From Octopus vulgaris (taxonomy: Eukaryota), in NCBI GenBank assembly GCA_951406725.2, contig OX597819.1:89962001-90026000 (forward strand): a DNA stretch of 64,000 nt. The letters are read 5' to 3'. How positions within the stretch are numbered: the stretch's first letter is position 1; each line of letters opens with the position of its first letter. The position numbers were made by a program, and so were the translations under genes. The notes under the pieces are model-generated. The model saw nothing but the letters and a program-made list of their open reading frames with translations, had not been told where the DNA came from and did no database searches. Below, one piece after another: positions 11,040 to 23,900 of this stretch.

Positions 11040-14000
11040 CTGCAAAATAATAAAGATAAAAAGAAAAAAAAATATAATAAAGAAGCAAGTAAAATTGAAA
11101 TTAGTTGTTTTTTTAAAAAAACCTTTTAGCATTTAAACAAGCTATATATGGCCCAAATATTTGGCCTGTCAAACATTCAAACTGGCCAGATCTGGCCTCT
11201 CGCACCTACCCTACAGTGTTATTCTAAAATTAAACAATCACATCATTGAAATCTGGAAGCTACAAGATAATGCACAATTGATTCAAAGCATAAAATGGTT
11301 ACTATGAAAAAAATAAAATCCCCAATTTTACATTCGATTTTCTTGCTGGTTATGTGAAAAGGATAGATTGGAAAGTGGTTCAAACAATACAGATTGGACA
11401 AAGCGAACACTGGAAAATCTTTGAGACATATCTGAAAATAACTGCAACTTTTTGTAAAAACAGAGATCAAACATGAGTGTATTTGTTAAAACTAATTTCA
11501 GTGGAAAGCTGATTACACCACTAAATTTTTTTGTAGCTAACCACGGTGTGAGTGAGAGAGAGAAAGAGAACTTAATAGTAATGTATAATTTGATTTGGGT
11601 TAAAAATTCCTGAGATGCCAATGCGAGAATGAAGTGATTAGGTCTTTAAAGAGTTATCTACCTTGTGTTTATTAACTTTCTAACTACGGAACTAATATTA
11701 CCTGTTTCCTATATAGAGGAAGTAAGCACAGCGTAATGTTAAAACCACAAAGAAGTGGATGTCACAGGCTTTGAAACTATTCTCAGTGTATCTCTCCATC
11801 TCTTTAAACATACACCCATTTAATAGCAAATTATGTGACGTTTGGGAAGAGAAAGCTCGTGATTTACAATGGTTGAAAATGACATTTGACCTAGTACATT
11901 GGATGCTCAATGTTTTATTTATAACATTTTTACAGGCATACACATGCTGAAGTAAAATTTTTTGGTTGTTTTAAATCAACCACCCAACTCTGAAGTAAGG
12001 AGTAAGACTTGTTTTTTTTTATTTTGCACAGGAAGATATCTGAAGCTTACAGCTTTCTTCATCAAACTCCAATATGTCTAAGCTGATTTAATCAACTCCT
12101 GGTTGGTAGTCATGATACAGATCATTAGAAAAGGCATTATTTACCATAAAACATGGTAAATAATGCCTTTCCTAATTATCTAAGCCATACTACAATTACA
12201 TTATTTATTCTATGACTCATATTCTTTAAATCAAAGTTAGACAGAATTAGTTCTGAATTCCTCCCCACTCATCAAACACTCTTATGTAAGTACTCCCCCT
12301 CCCCTCCCATCCACTGTCTGTATCCTCTCTTATGCTTACCTTCTTGTACCTCAAGTGTTTCTTCTAGCACTCCATCGCTACCAGCTTTGTCTCCTTCTCA
12401 ACTACTTCCACCCGTCCCTACACAATGCTGGGTAGCCGTGTGTCCCCTCTATAGCAAGATATTTATGCTTGTCTTTCTGTCATATTTTAGCTTTTCAAGA
12501 GTTGACATAAGACCAGATCCCACTCTCAAATACTCTCTCACACACACACCTTTAGCTTTTACCTTCTCATTTTTTTTCCATTCATTTTCTGTCAAGCAAG
12601 TTACCTAGCAACCTCACTAATGCTGGGGAAATGAAAAAGTACACATTACACACAGCAAAGTGGTTGGTGCTAGGAAGGACATCCAACTGTAGAAACTATG
12701 CCAAAAGGTAGCAAGCTGGCAGAAACGTTAGCATGCCAGGCGAAATGCATAGCAGTATTTTGTCTGCTGTTACATTCTGAGTTCAAATTCCACTGAGGTC
12801 AACTTTGCCTTTCGTCCTTCCGGGGTCGATAAATTAACCCTTTCGTTACTGTATTTATTTTGAGATGCTCTGTGTTTCTTTCAACTATTTTAAATATAAC
12901 AAAGAATTTAGTAAAATAACTTATTTATCATTCAGCTAGTGTTAGGTATATAAATTGCGACTAAGGTTTGGTGGAAGATTTTAATGCAAAACTTATGAAA
13001 ACAAGACATTTGTACTCAGAGCCAGATCCGGTTTTGGCCGGGTTGGTAATGAAAGGGTTAAGTTCGACTTAACCCCTTCATCTGTCCTTGTTTGTCTCCT
13101 CTATGTTTAGCCCCTTGTGGGCAATGAAGAAATAAGAAACTATGCCAAAGCTGATAATGGAGCTAGGTGCAGCCCTGATGCTTGTCAGATCCTCTCAGAC
13201 CAGCCAACGAATACCAACATGGAAAAATGGATACTAAAATTATGATGATGTGAATACTTGCAATGTCCCAAACCTGATAACAAGAGGAATAGCCACGCTC
13301 AGGAGGGAGGTATATAGTTAAACAGTAGTAAGTAATATAGTTAAACAGAAGTAACAGCCAAGCAACAAAGCAAGGAATTTCTGACTGAAACAGTCATTAA
13401 CTGGCAGCTGTAGAGAAGTTTTATTTACGTATCCTAATTAGTGCTGGGATGGAGAAGTAATCCATCTAGGATACAAAATGAAGTAAATAAAAAATTTATG
13501 TTGTATAATGCCTTTTGTATGATGATGGTGGTGGTAATGGTTTATAGTAACAAAATAGGAAGATGTGTAGTAACTTGAAAGAAATGAAGCTGGATGTACA
13601 ATGTGAACACAAGCAGCAAACTATGTTAAGGAAGTGGGTATCAGAAGCAAGAAAGACTGTGTAGATGTTACCCTATAATTAGAAATAGAGACTATTGTTG
13701 AGCAATGGTACACTGCTATGCACTGGCGAGAATCTAGGGAACAAGAACATCATTAGGAAGTTAATTAAGTTGCTCTAAAAGATATTGATAATTTAGTTAG
13801 TATTAAAGTATCATAGTGAGCATCAAAAATCTAGAAAGTTGACAGTTTCCTCAGCACGTATGTATATGTAATTAGATTTGATGTTCACTATATTATTATG
13901 TGTGCTAACCTAACTATTGTGTTCCATGTGACTAGAGTGTCTTAATAATTAACCTCAACAATTCAGTTTTTTTAGAATAAAATCTGATGAGTAAAGATGA

Positions 14001-17000
14001 TGCTAGGGAAGGCCGAGCAAAATGCTATTGTCCAATCTATACAAAACATGACAGAAATATGACCGTTTGGACACTATGAAGGTCATGAGAATAATAAACG
14101 GCATTATAAATTACTAAAAAGGATATGTAAATTGATTAAAAACTTACCTTTGCTTCCCAATGAATTTTGAAGAGGAAGAGGTGGGCTTTTTACTTGAAGA
14201 TAATGTAATCTGTGATCTGGTAGAGAATAGACATAAAAAAAAAAAAAACATATAAGGTCACATTAAAATCAAGATACACAAAGAAGGAGAGTGAGTATGG
14301 AATAGAAGCTGTTTTTATCAATAGACAGAATTGAAGAGATATTGTTATGTACCTTACTCAGAACACAATATAAAACCATGTAGTAATAAGATTCGAACTA
14401 GTAACCATGTGATCAGTAGATCGGCACCTAACCTCACAGCTACTGTGCTTTTAATTCAAAACATTCAATAAGTAATCCCATTGTGTATCAAGCTCTCCTT
14501 AAACGTGATAAAAGGATTGAAATGTGCTTTTAATTCTAAATATTCAACAAGTAATCCCACTGAATATCTGTTTCTTTATTACCCACAAGGGACTAAACAT
14601 AGAGGGGACAAACAAGGACAGACAAACAGATTAAGTCGATTACATCGACCCCAGTGTGTAACTGGTACTTAATTTATCGACCCCGAAAGGATGAAAGGCA
14701 AAGTCAACCTCAGCAGAATTTGAACTCAGAACGTAACGGCAGACGAAATACGGCTATGCATTTCGCCCGGCATGCTAATGTTTCTGCCAGCTTGCCGCCC
14801 ACTGAATATCAAGCTCATCTTAACCTTTTCGATACCAACCCAGCTGAAACTGCCTTTGGCTCTGTAGTACAAATGTTTTGTTTACATAAGTTTTGAATTA
14901 AAATCTTTTGCCAAACTTTAATCACAATTTATGTTCCTAACACTAGCTTAATGATAACTAAGTTATTTTACTAAATTCTTTGTTATATTTAAAATTAATT
15001 GAAAGAAACACAGAGCATCTCGAAATAAATACGGTAATGAAAGAGTTAAACATAATAAAAGGATTGAAATTTCCAGGCTGAGGCATACTATGTGGTTTAT
15101 GAGGTTTGTTCTAGAACCATGTGATTTTGTGTTTGGTCCGACTATGTGGCAATATGGACAAGTGTCTTCTTCAAAAACACTTCTGAAATATTTTCAAGCC
15201 AAGGCTTGATTCATGCTTTGTAGATGATATTTGGTAAATTGAAACTGTACAGAACCCCACCATGTGTTCATGTATAAATTCACGTGTACATATGTGTGCA
15301 CACATGCGTAACCGCCTGTCTTTAAATTCATATCAGAGTTGGTGACAATGTTTATGCTATTCACTCTAGTTCATCGTATACAATGTCCTTTGTCATTTCC
15401 CTAGTTCCATTCAACATAAAAACTGGCACAAAACAAATCAGAAGTTAAATCTGATAGCACTTGGCAGAGTACCTGAAAAGTAAACTGCCAAGTAAACAAA
15501 ACTGAAACAAATTGAAAAAAATGCTACAATGACACCCCTACACTTCCTCCCATCTCTCTATGTGTTAAATAAGAAGAGAGATACACTGGAAGTGAAAGTC
15601 ATTCAAACACTTACTCTTTAATGCCCTGTGGTCCTAAACGCATCGGAAATTTGTGTAGAGATTTCAATTTCTGGGAATCACTCCTTTGGAGTTTCTTAGC
15701 TGCAAAAAAAAAAAAAAAAAAAAAAAGAAATGAATTGGTGACAGAGAGGATGCAACACAAATGAAGCTAAAAAAAAAACAAAAAACAATTGTTTATATTT
15801 CAACTGAACCCTAAAGCAAAAATACACAAAGCTGTGTGATAAGAAGCTTGCTTCCAAACCACATGGTTCCGAGTGCAGTCCCACTGCATGGTACCTAGGG
15901 CAAGTGTCTTCTAGTATAGCCTCAAGCCAACCAAAGCCTTGGAGTGGCTTTGGAAGATGGAAATTGAAAGAAGCCCATTGTGTGTGTGTGTGTATACATC
16001 TATGTGTGTCTGTCCCCCGATCATCACTTGACAACTGGTGCTGGTGTTTTTATGTCCCCATAACTTAGCAGTTCAGCAAAAGAGACTGCTAAACTAAGTA
16101 CTAGGATTAAAATAAGTCCCAGGGTCAACTGTTCAAATAAAACCCTCCATGATGGTGCTCCAGCATGACCACAGTCAAACAACTAAAACAAGTAAAAGAG
16201 TATTATAACTGAAGTTGATATTTATGACTAGTTTTGTTTTTGCATTTGACAGTAAAACCACAGCTGCCAACGAGCACTTTTATATTCAACAGAATGGAAA
16301 GCATCCAAAGTCTTCTGGTAAAGTTTGTTTGACCATATGACCGACCAATTATGTGATCCTTAACAACATTCTATCATAATTGTGCCTCTTAGAATCCACC
16401 CACAAAGCAAATCCCCACTGTTTAACCAGCTCCATTCTAAGGACTCCATTTGCTTTATCACACAACTGTGAACCATATGTCACCGACAAGAAGGAGAATT
16501 ACACTTTCTGTATTTTACATACTCTTTATTTGCTTTCATGGAGGTGCAATGGCCCAGTGGTTAGGGCAGTGGACTCGCAGTCAGAGGATCGTGGTTTCAA
16601 TTCCCAGACCAGGCACTGTGTGTGTTTATTGAGCGAAAACTCCTAAAACTTTTTTGTTCTGCACAACCAGTCACATTACTCTTTAACTTTTTTTTATCTC
16701 TGCTTTAATGATGAGCTGTCTCATGGTTGCATATTTTATCTCTTTTACTCTTATTTGTTTCAGTCATGCTGGAGCACCGACTTTAGTCGAACAAATCGAC
16801 CCCAGCACTCATTCTTTGCAAACCTAATACTTATTCTATCGGTCTCTTTTGCCGAACCGCTAAGTTACAGGGACATAAACACACTAGTGGTTGTCAAGCG
16901 ATGGTGGGGGGTGGGGGGACAAACACACACACACATATATATATAAACGATGGGCTTTCAGTTTCCACTTCCCAAATGCCACTCACAAGGTTTTGATCAG

Positions 17001-20000
17001 CTCAAGGCTATAGTAGAAGATACTCGCCGAAGGTGCCACACTGTGGGATTGAACCTAGAAGCATGTGATTGGCAAGTAAGCTATTTACCACGCAGCCACT
17101 CCTGCATCAGTGATGTATTCACAACCAGCTCATAGTGCTTTGCAAAGATGGCATGTCAGGGATCAATGTCACTCCCAATGTCCCTTAATTGTGACCTTAG
17201 TGTGCTGGCTTATGCATTATGTTACAAGACTACAGAAAGATGTGTGATACACCAGCTCGCCTCCTCCTTGAGAACCAGGCAAACACTCCTGCACACATAC
17301 ACCCTGCTATAGTCAAAGGAAAACAAATCACATGATACACTGAACAGTGCTTCTTTTAGTTTCACTTTTGAAGGCACACTGACAAATTTCTGCTTTTCAA
17401 GAGGTAGAGCTATGTCATTTTTTTCCCTGTTACTATTCTTACACAGAAACATTCTTTGGTGACACACCACAACCTTGCTTCCTTTCCCTTCTCTAGATTT
17501 ATCCATACCCATAAATGTCAGTGAAACTACTTCCATTTCTATTAACATTTTGACTTAGTGAGTGTGTGTGAGTGAATGAGTGAGTGAGTGAGAGAGAAAG
17601 AGTTGTCAAACTTGCTGGTATAAATGTTCCCACTGATGTTAGTGTCTACAGAAGTGTCACTTTTGTTTTCTTACAAAATGCATGTGTTTTGTAGTAAAAA
17701 AAAAAAATTTCTTTCTATTCAACTTCTCATTCTGGTTTTAAAAATTTGAGATATTCATGTTTGAAGAAGCCATTTTATTTGTTTACAAATGAATAAAATA
17801 TTTTCTTCATGAATTAGTCATTCCCTCTCCAAACATTGGCAAATCATGCAATTACCTCTCTGTAGAAAATTTTTAATTAAATATAATGGTTTTTTTTTTT
17901 TCACTTAATTTATTTTAGTAAATCCATGAATTTGGAAAGTGAGATGCAATATGTCTGACTGATAGAAAAACAGCAACAACAACAGCAGCAACAACAACAT
18001 TCCTAGAGTAAAAACAAGATCTGAAATTAGGAAATTAATTGATACCACCAACCTTAGTTAGATAAAAGGAAATGTTGACTACAGTGGGATTTGAACTCAG
18101 AAGAGAGGCAGCAAGGCATTCTGATATTCTAACAATCATGCCAGCTCACTCCCTTTTATCTTTTCTTTTGCCTTTGATGAAAGTCACAGAAAGGGTCATA
18201 GCCCAACTAATTAAGGAGAGAGTTAGTTTAGACGAGATGCAGTTTAGGTTTGTGCCAGGTAGAAGCACCACTGATGCTATATTTCTGGTAAGACAGCTGC
18301 AGGAGAAATTCCTAGCCAAAGGAATTGGCTTTTGTTGACATGGAGAAAGCCTTTGACAGGGCCCTCTGATCCCTTATCTGGTGGTCAATGTGGAAACTAG
18401 GGATAGACAGGTGGTTGGTGAAAGTTGTACAAGCCATGTACAGGGGTGCTGTCAGTAAGGTGAGGGTTGGCAATGAGTATAGTGAAGAATTCCTAGTAGA
18501 AGTAGGGGTTCACCAAGGATCAGTCCCCTCTAGTTCATCGTAGTCCTCCAGGCAATAATAGAGGAATTCAAGATAGTTGACATCCATGGTATTTGACCTC
18601 AGGACATATAAACCTGAAAGAAATGCTGCCAAGAATTTTGTTTGATGGACTAATGACAATAGTCGCTTCTATTTTAAACAGTGGGGTCAGTAATTTTGAA
18701 GGGAGTTAGGTTGTTGACTATACTGACCACAGTACTTGACTGATAATGTATGTATATATTTATATTCATATATAAGAAAATAAGCATCAGATAGAAAAAA
18801 AAGATGAACAAGATAGAAAGTGAACCAACAGGCAGTTACAACAAAGAAAGCACACTTACACACAAACATTTATCAAGGAAGTGAAGAAACTTTTAAATTT
18901 ACCATGTACTGTACTTCTTTCAAACATTGATGATGTTTTATAGCGATGCAAATCCTTGATATTTTCCTTTGCTGACGCTGTCATAGCGCTAACAATCATA
19001 CCTTTTGGCTTGTTTATATTTAACATTTTCAAAGGAAAAGTTGGTTTTGATTTGGTTATTGTGGCTCCGCCAGCTAAATTTAAGTGGCTGGCCTCTCTGA
19101 AACAAGATGAAATACCTTCCTGTTAAATAACACAACTTGTTTATTAAACGTTTTTAGCTTTCAGATTATTCTGCCAAATATAATGCATATTTATTCACAT
19201 TCGTCATTATCATTGTTTAACGTCCGCTTTCCATGGGTTGGACAGTTTGGTTGAGGACTGGCAAGCCTGGAGGCTGCACCAGGCTTCAATATGATCTGGC
19301 AAGGTTTCTACAGGTGGATGCCCTTCCTAAAACTAACCACTCTAAGAGTGTAGTGGGTGCTTTTTACATGACATTGGCACAGGGAGCCAGTCAGGCAGCA
19401 CTGGTATTAGCCATGCTTGAATGGTGCATTTTACATGCCACTGGCATGGGAGCTGGTGGCGAATTAATCATGCCTTATCCTTTTTGAGATTTCAAAGATG
19501 CCATTCATAATTTTTAGAATGATATTATAGGGTAGGTGTGAGAGGCCAAGTCTGGCCAGTTTGAACATAAAACAGGTAGAATATTTGGGACGGAATGGCA
19601 AGTTTAAATGCTAATGGTTAAGTACCTAACTTCAGAAGGTAAAATGGGACTCCATAATGTAAATCAATAAAATGGGTGCTCAGAAAGTGGTAAATAAATA
19701 GGGTTACTATATACAAACATAATCTGTTCCAGAGCACTGTTTGTCGGCAAAATTTTTCATTACATAATTGAAATACATGTAAATAGTGTGGGTGGAGGGG
19801 GATAATCTGTTCCAAGTCACAGCCAAGAAAAAACTAGCACTGTCAATTACAATGATGAGGGTTCTAGTTGATCCAATCAACAGAACAGCCATTCATGAAA
19901 TTAACATGACCACCTTGAAAGGCTTACACTTCCCTTGAAATTACTAGTCTGGTGCCAAAATTTGAAACTAATATCAGTTTACATTGAAAATAAATCTTAG

Positions 20001-20929
20001 CAGTTAATTCAATACATTTACTGTTTTACAGCTATTTCTCTGTGGATTAAGACTCAATTCATTGCCTGGTTTTTTTACCAATGAAAATATCTGATCTTTA
20101 TTAGCAGGAATGATGATAGCTACAGACATATTCAATCAGGCATGATGGCAGCTATAGATATATTCAATCATATCTACCTTTTTCTTTGAGAATCCCTAGT
20201 AATGGCTGTTAGGTCTTTGTTTTCATTCTCCAACTAAGAGGCAAATTTCAATTCATTGACAAACTGTATACATCATTCAGTACATCACCATCTACCTGAT
20301 TCATTTAACTAACCAAACTATTTTGCCCTAAAATGAAAAAAGGGCATCCAGCCCCTTTGCTGTAAAATTAACCCTCTAGTGTTCAGATTATTCTGTTAAA
20401 TATACTTATTAATTCATATTGTTCTGAACTAATCAAGCATTATTTTGTCACTTTGAAATTTTGATGATGCAATTGTCTATTTTTAGAATAACATTATAGG
20501 GTAGATGGGAGAGGCCCGACCTGGCCAGTCTGAATATAAAACAACTAGAATAATTTGGCTGGATATGGCCAGTTTAAATGCTAAAGAGTTAATTTCATCC
20601 ATACTTGCTTAGAAAAATAACTTTGAAAAAAGTGGGTTTCAAAATATGAAACAAAATCTTACCTAGTTGAAGGTCGAATAGCTGGAGATAACAGTTGTGC
20701 TAAAGGACTTGGTGTTTTGCTGGCAATACTGGCCAGACTTCTATTGGGAGTAGTAGCTATTATTGTCGCAGAAAGACTTTTCATAGTATCAATTGAGCAC
20801 CCTGTAGAGAAAAAGCAATAAAATGATATTAACAAGTTCCAGTTACACTTAAGATTTCACAACTTCTTAAGATATTAGCAAAGATTTTGACAGCTACTAT
20901 TGTTGCAATCATATTCTTCAATAGGTCTA

Positions 20930-20960
<31 letters not shown>

Positions 20961-23900
20961 GGCAAGGATGATGCGGATACCCGGTACTACCTTGTTGCGG
21001 TGAGAGAGCTTAGGCCCTTGGTGGAGGGGGCAGCTCGTGATGGCTCTCACCCAACTTGTGCATGTCATTCCCGTACAAGGGTAACCAAAGGTACCAAACG
21101 CGTCCCCCGGCCTTCGTCATGCCTGGGCTCGAGATGTCGGTGGGTCATCCCGAGTAGCAAGAAAGCCCACTCCGTGGGATTGGCCACGGCAGGGGCTACC
21201 CACGAGTACGAGCCGGCCCGTAAACCGTTGCCCAACATCCGCTGAGGCGTCGATCCTGGAGGTGATTCGGTTACCTGGCAGCCCGGTGGCACCATCCCAC
21301 CCAAATACACCAGGCATTTAGGTAAGCCTGCAGCGTCTGCCTGGACACGTGGCTTGTCCACGAAAGTCGGCAGTCCCGCAATCGTATGTAGACCCTCACC
21401 TCGCCCTGTAATATTTAGTAGTACCAAAGTGGTAAGGTGGCAAAACTGTTAGCATGCCAGGCAAAATGCTTAGTGGCATATATCATCCATCTTTATGTTC
21501 CAAGTTCAAATTCTGCCAAGGTTGATTTTGCCTTTCATCCTTTTGGGGTTGATAAAATAATCACCAGCTGAGCACTAGGACCAATGTAATGTAATTGATT
21601 TACCCCATCCCCTGAAATTACTGGCTGCCTTGCATCAAAATTTAGTACTTTCATTTGTTTTGAACAAATTTCAACTTGGAAAGATTCTTTTTCTATCTTG
21701 TACAGGTAAATGTAAATAATTCCTAAGCTGATCAGAGGGATTTGGAGAAAAAAAAATATGTGTTTAGTTCTCATTCATAACAATAAACAAATGTATTAGG
21801 TTGACCCTTTAAGTAACCAGCTCACCAATGAGATCATATAAATCTTTCTCTTCCAACAACACAAAGTCACAATAACTACATATATACAATCACCACATGT
21901 ATACATTCTTCTTGGTATATAATATTTTGGTTTCAGCTTTTGCCCAGTACTTAAGGTTGCTTGAATAAAAAAAAAATATTTAGCTGAAATAATCTCAAAT
22001 AGTCTTCCAAAATTCCAGAACTATATATGTCATAGTAATGTAGTTCTATGATCTACAATTGAAAGAAGATTCAGTCAAGCGACATTGCCTCTGTACCTAG
22101 TTCAAGGGAACAGTAATGCCATCATCAATAACACTACCCCAACCAACAAGTTGAAAAGCAACATCTATGGAGTCACTCAAGCTACTCAATACAGCAATCA
22201 TCATTTTTCCCCAACAAATTTCAGGATAGCATGCCTGTAATAAAACAAGGATGGCCATGGTTAAAAGCATTTATGGAGTGCATTGTTTAACTGGCTGTTT
22301 CCACAACAGAGTGAAGGTATGTGGCTTTGTGGTTAGGGTATTCGGCTCACAATTGTAAGGTTACAAGCTCGATTCCAGGCCTCATGTTGTATCCTTGAGC
22401 AAGGCATTTTATTTCCAGTTCATTCAGCTGGCAAAAATGAGTAGTATCTGTATTTCAAAAGACCAGCCTTGTCCCATCGTGTGCCATGCTGAATCTCTGA
22501 GAACTACATTAAGGGTACACATGTCTGTGGAGTACTCAGCCACTTACACGTTAATTTTCACGGGCAGTTTGTTCTGTTGATTGCATCAACTGGAACCCAT
22601 GACACTGAAACCAATGGAGGGCCAGGTATTTTTATTTTTTTTATTTCCATTACATTAGCTAGCTCAAGTGGAGGTGATGTAGGGTGGATGAGAATTTTAA
22701 GGCAACACCAAATTCCTATCACTGAAAGAATAAAATTCCATAAATGACAAAGACTTACATTTCTTAGGTTCTGAAACATCTTTGATGTTGTTTTCTACTT
22801 CGGATTCTTCTGAAATTGTATTATTAAGGGCTGTCACGTCATCACTAACAGTATCTTTTCTTGGATCATTTTCTTTCATACTAGAACTTACTACAGAGAT
22901 TTGATTTTCCACACTGGGACTTTTGAGTCCATCAGAATTACTAACAAGCACCAATCTTTCAGAGGTCTTTGGTGCTGATTTACTCTCTTCAGATCTTGGC
23001 CGTTTTAAAGACTGGTCCACTGCTGATACTGTTGAATTATTCAGCTTTCTTGTAGAACTTGTAATGGTAGAATTCCTTGAAGTGTAATCTTCTCTCCTTT
23101 GCATTTTAGGAGTTTGATCAATTTGACTCATAGGAGTGTTACATTTCGAATCTTTAGGAGGAAAAGAAAAGGTTTAAAGGACAAAATTATTTTCGTGGCT
23201 TGTAGGGACACAGTATTTTGTTATGCAACCATAATATACTACAAAGTATATTAAACATCTTTGTAAGTCATCTTTGTACAGTGTTCTACAGTATTAGCAG
23301 TGCACTTTACATCACTTGTTAAGATTATCTCTAAAGATGTTTTTTAGAAATTATAGACAGCACTGACTTTTGCTATGGCATTTCGTATCCAAGATGGCAG
23401 ATGTAAACAGACAATGAAATCAAAGATGGAAAATGAGTAATGGGAGTATATGCCATATTTTGGGAGTTTTTACAAAAAATTGTAACAAAAATCAGTGGTG
23501 GCTATAATTTCTATAGAATATCTGTAAAGATAACTTTAAGTAAAATTATTCTCAATTATAAACTCAGTATAAATATAAATTAGAAGCATACTTCAAACAA
23601 AATACTATTTTAATCGTAGAAATGTCCAAGTACTTTGATTAAATCAGGGATACCTGAAAGTTAATTAACAGTTCACTTAAACTTTTGACTCCCAGAGTTC
23701 ACAATCAGTTTGTTTTAAAAAAGGGAAAGGAGAATGACTGGCAGTACAGGAAGGGTGGTGGTGTATGTAGTAATGAGTTCTTCTTTCATTAATTATAGAG
23801 TAGATACAGGGACCAAAATGTATGCATTCACATTATGCAGTCCCACCATTACAATATCAGTTTTTGTTATGTCTGCGTAAATGGGCAGGCCTTCTCAAGT

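Noticed and set aside
13983-14030. CTGATGAG, a possible hammerhead core
   Set aside because: No properly placed GAAA and no supporting stems.
14148-14216. Alternative reading [15 protein letters not shown] for exon 20
   Set aside because: Exon 19 delivers phase 2, which also fits the terminal exon.
16252-16317. Plus-strand AG...GT mini-exon suggesting a nested antisense gene
   Set aside because: No partner exons or recognisable protein; expected by chance.
16539-16625. tRNA-like A/B boxes, also at other SINE heads
   Set aside because: These are SINE heads without a complete cloverleaf; not tRNA genes.
17222-17548. 108-aa minus-strand ORF in intron 18
   Set aside because: No good splice sites, not needed for the frame, no recognisable domain.
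21015-21035. GTGGAGGGGGC resembling a twister ribozyme 3' strand
   Set aside because: The matching 5' UAA strand and pseudoknot partners were not found; a simple hairpin explains it.
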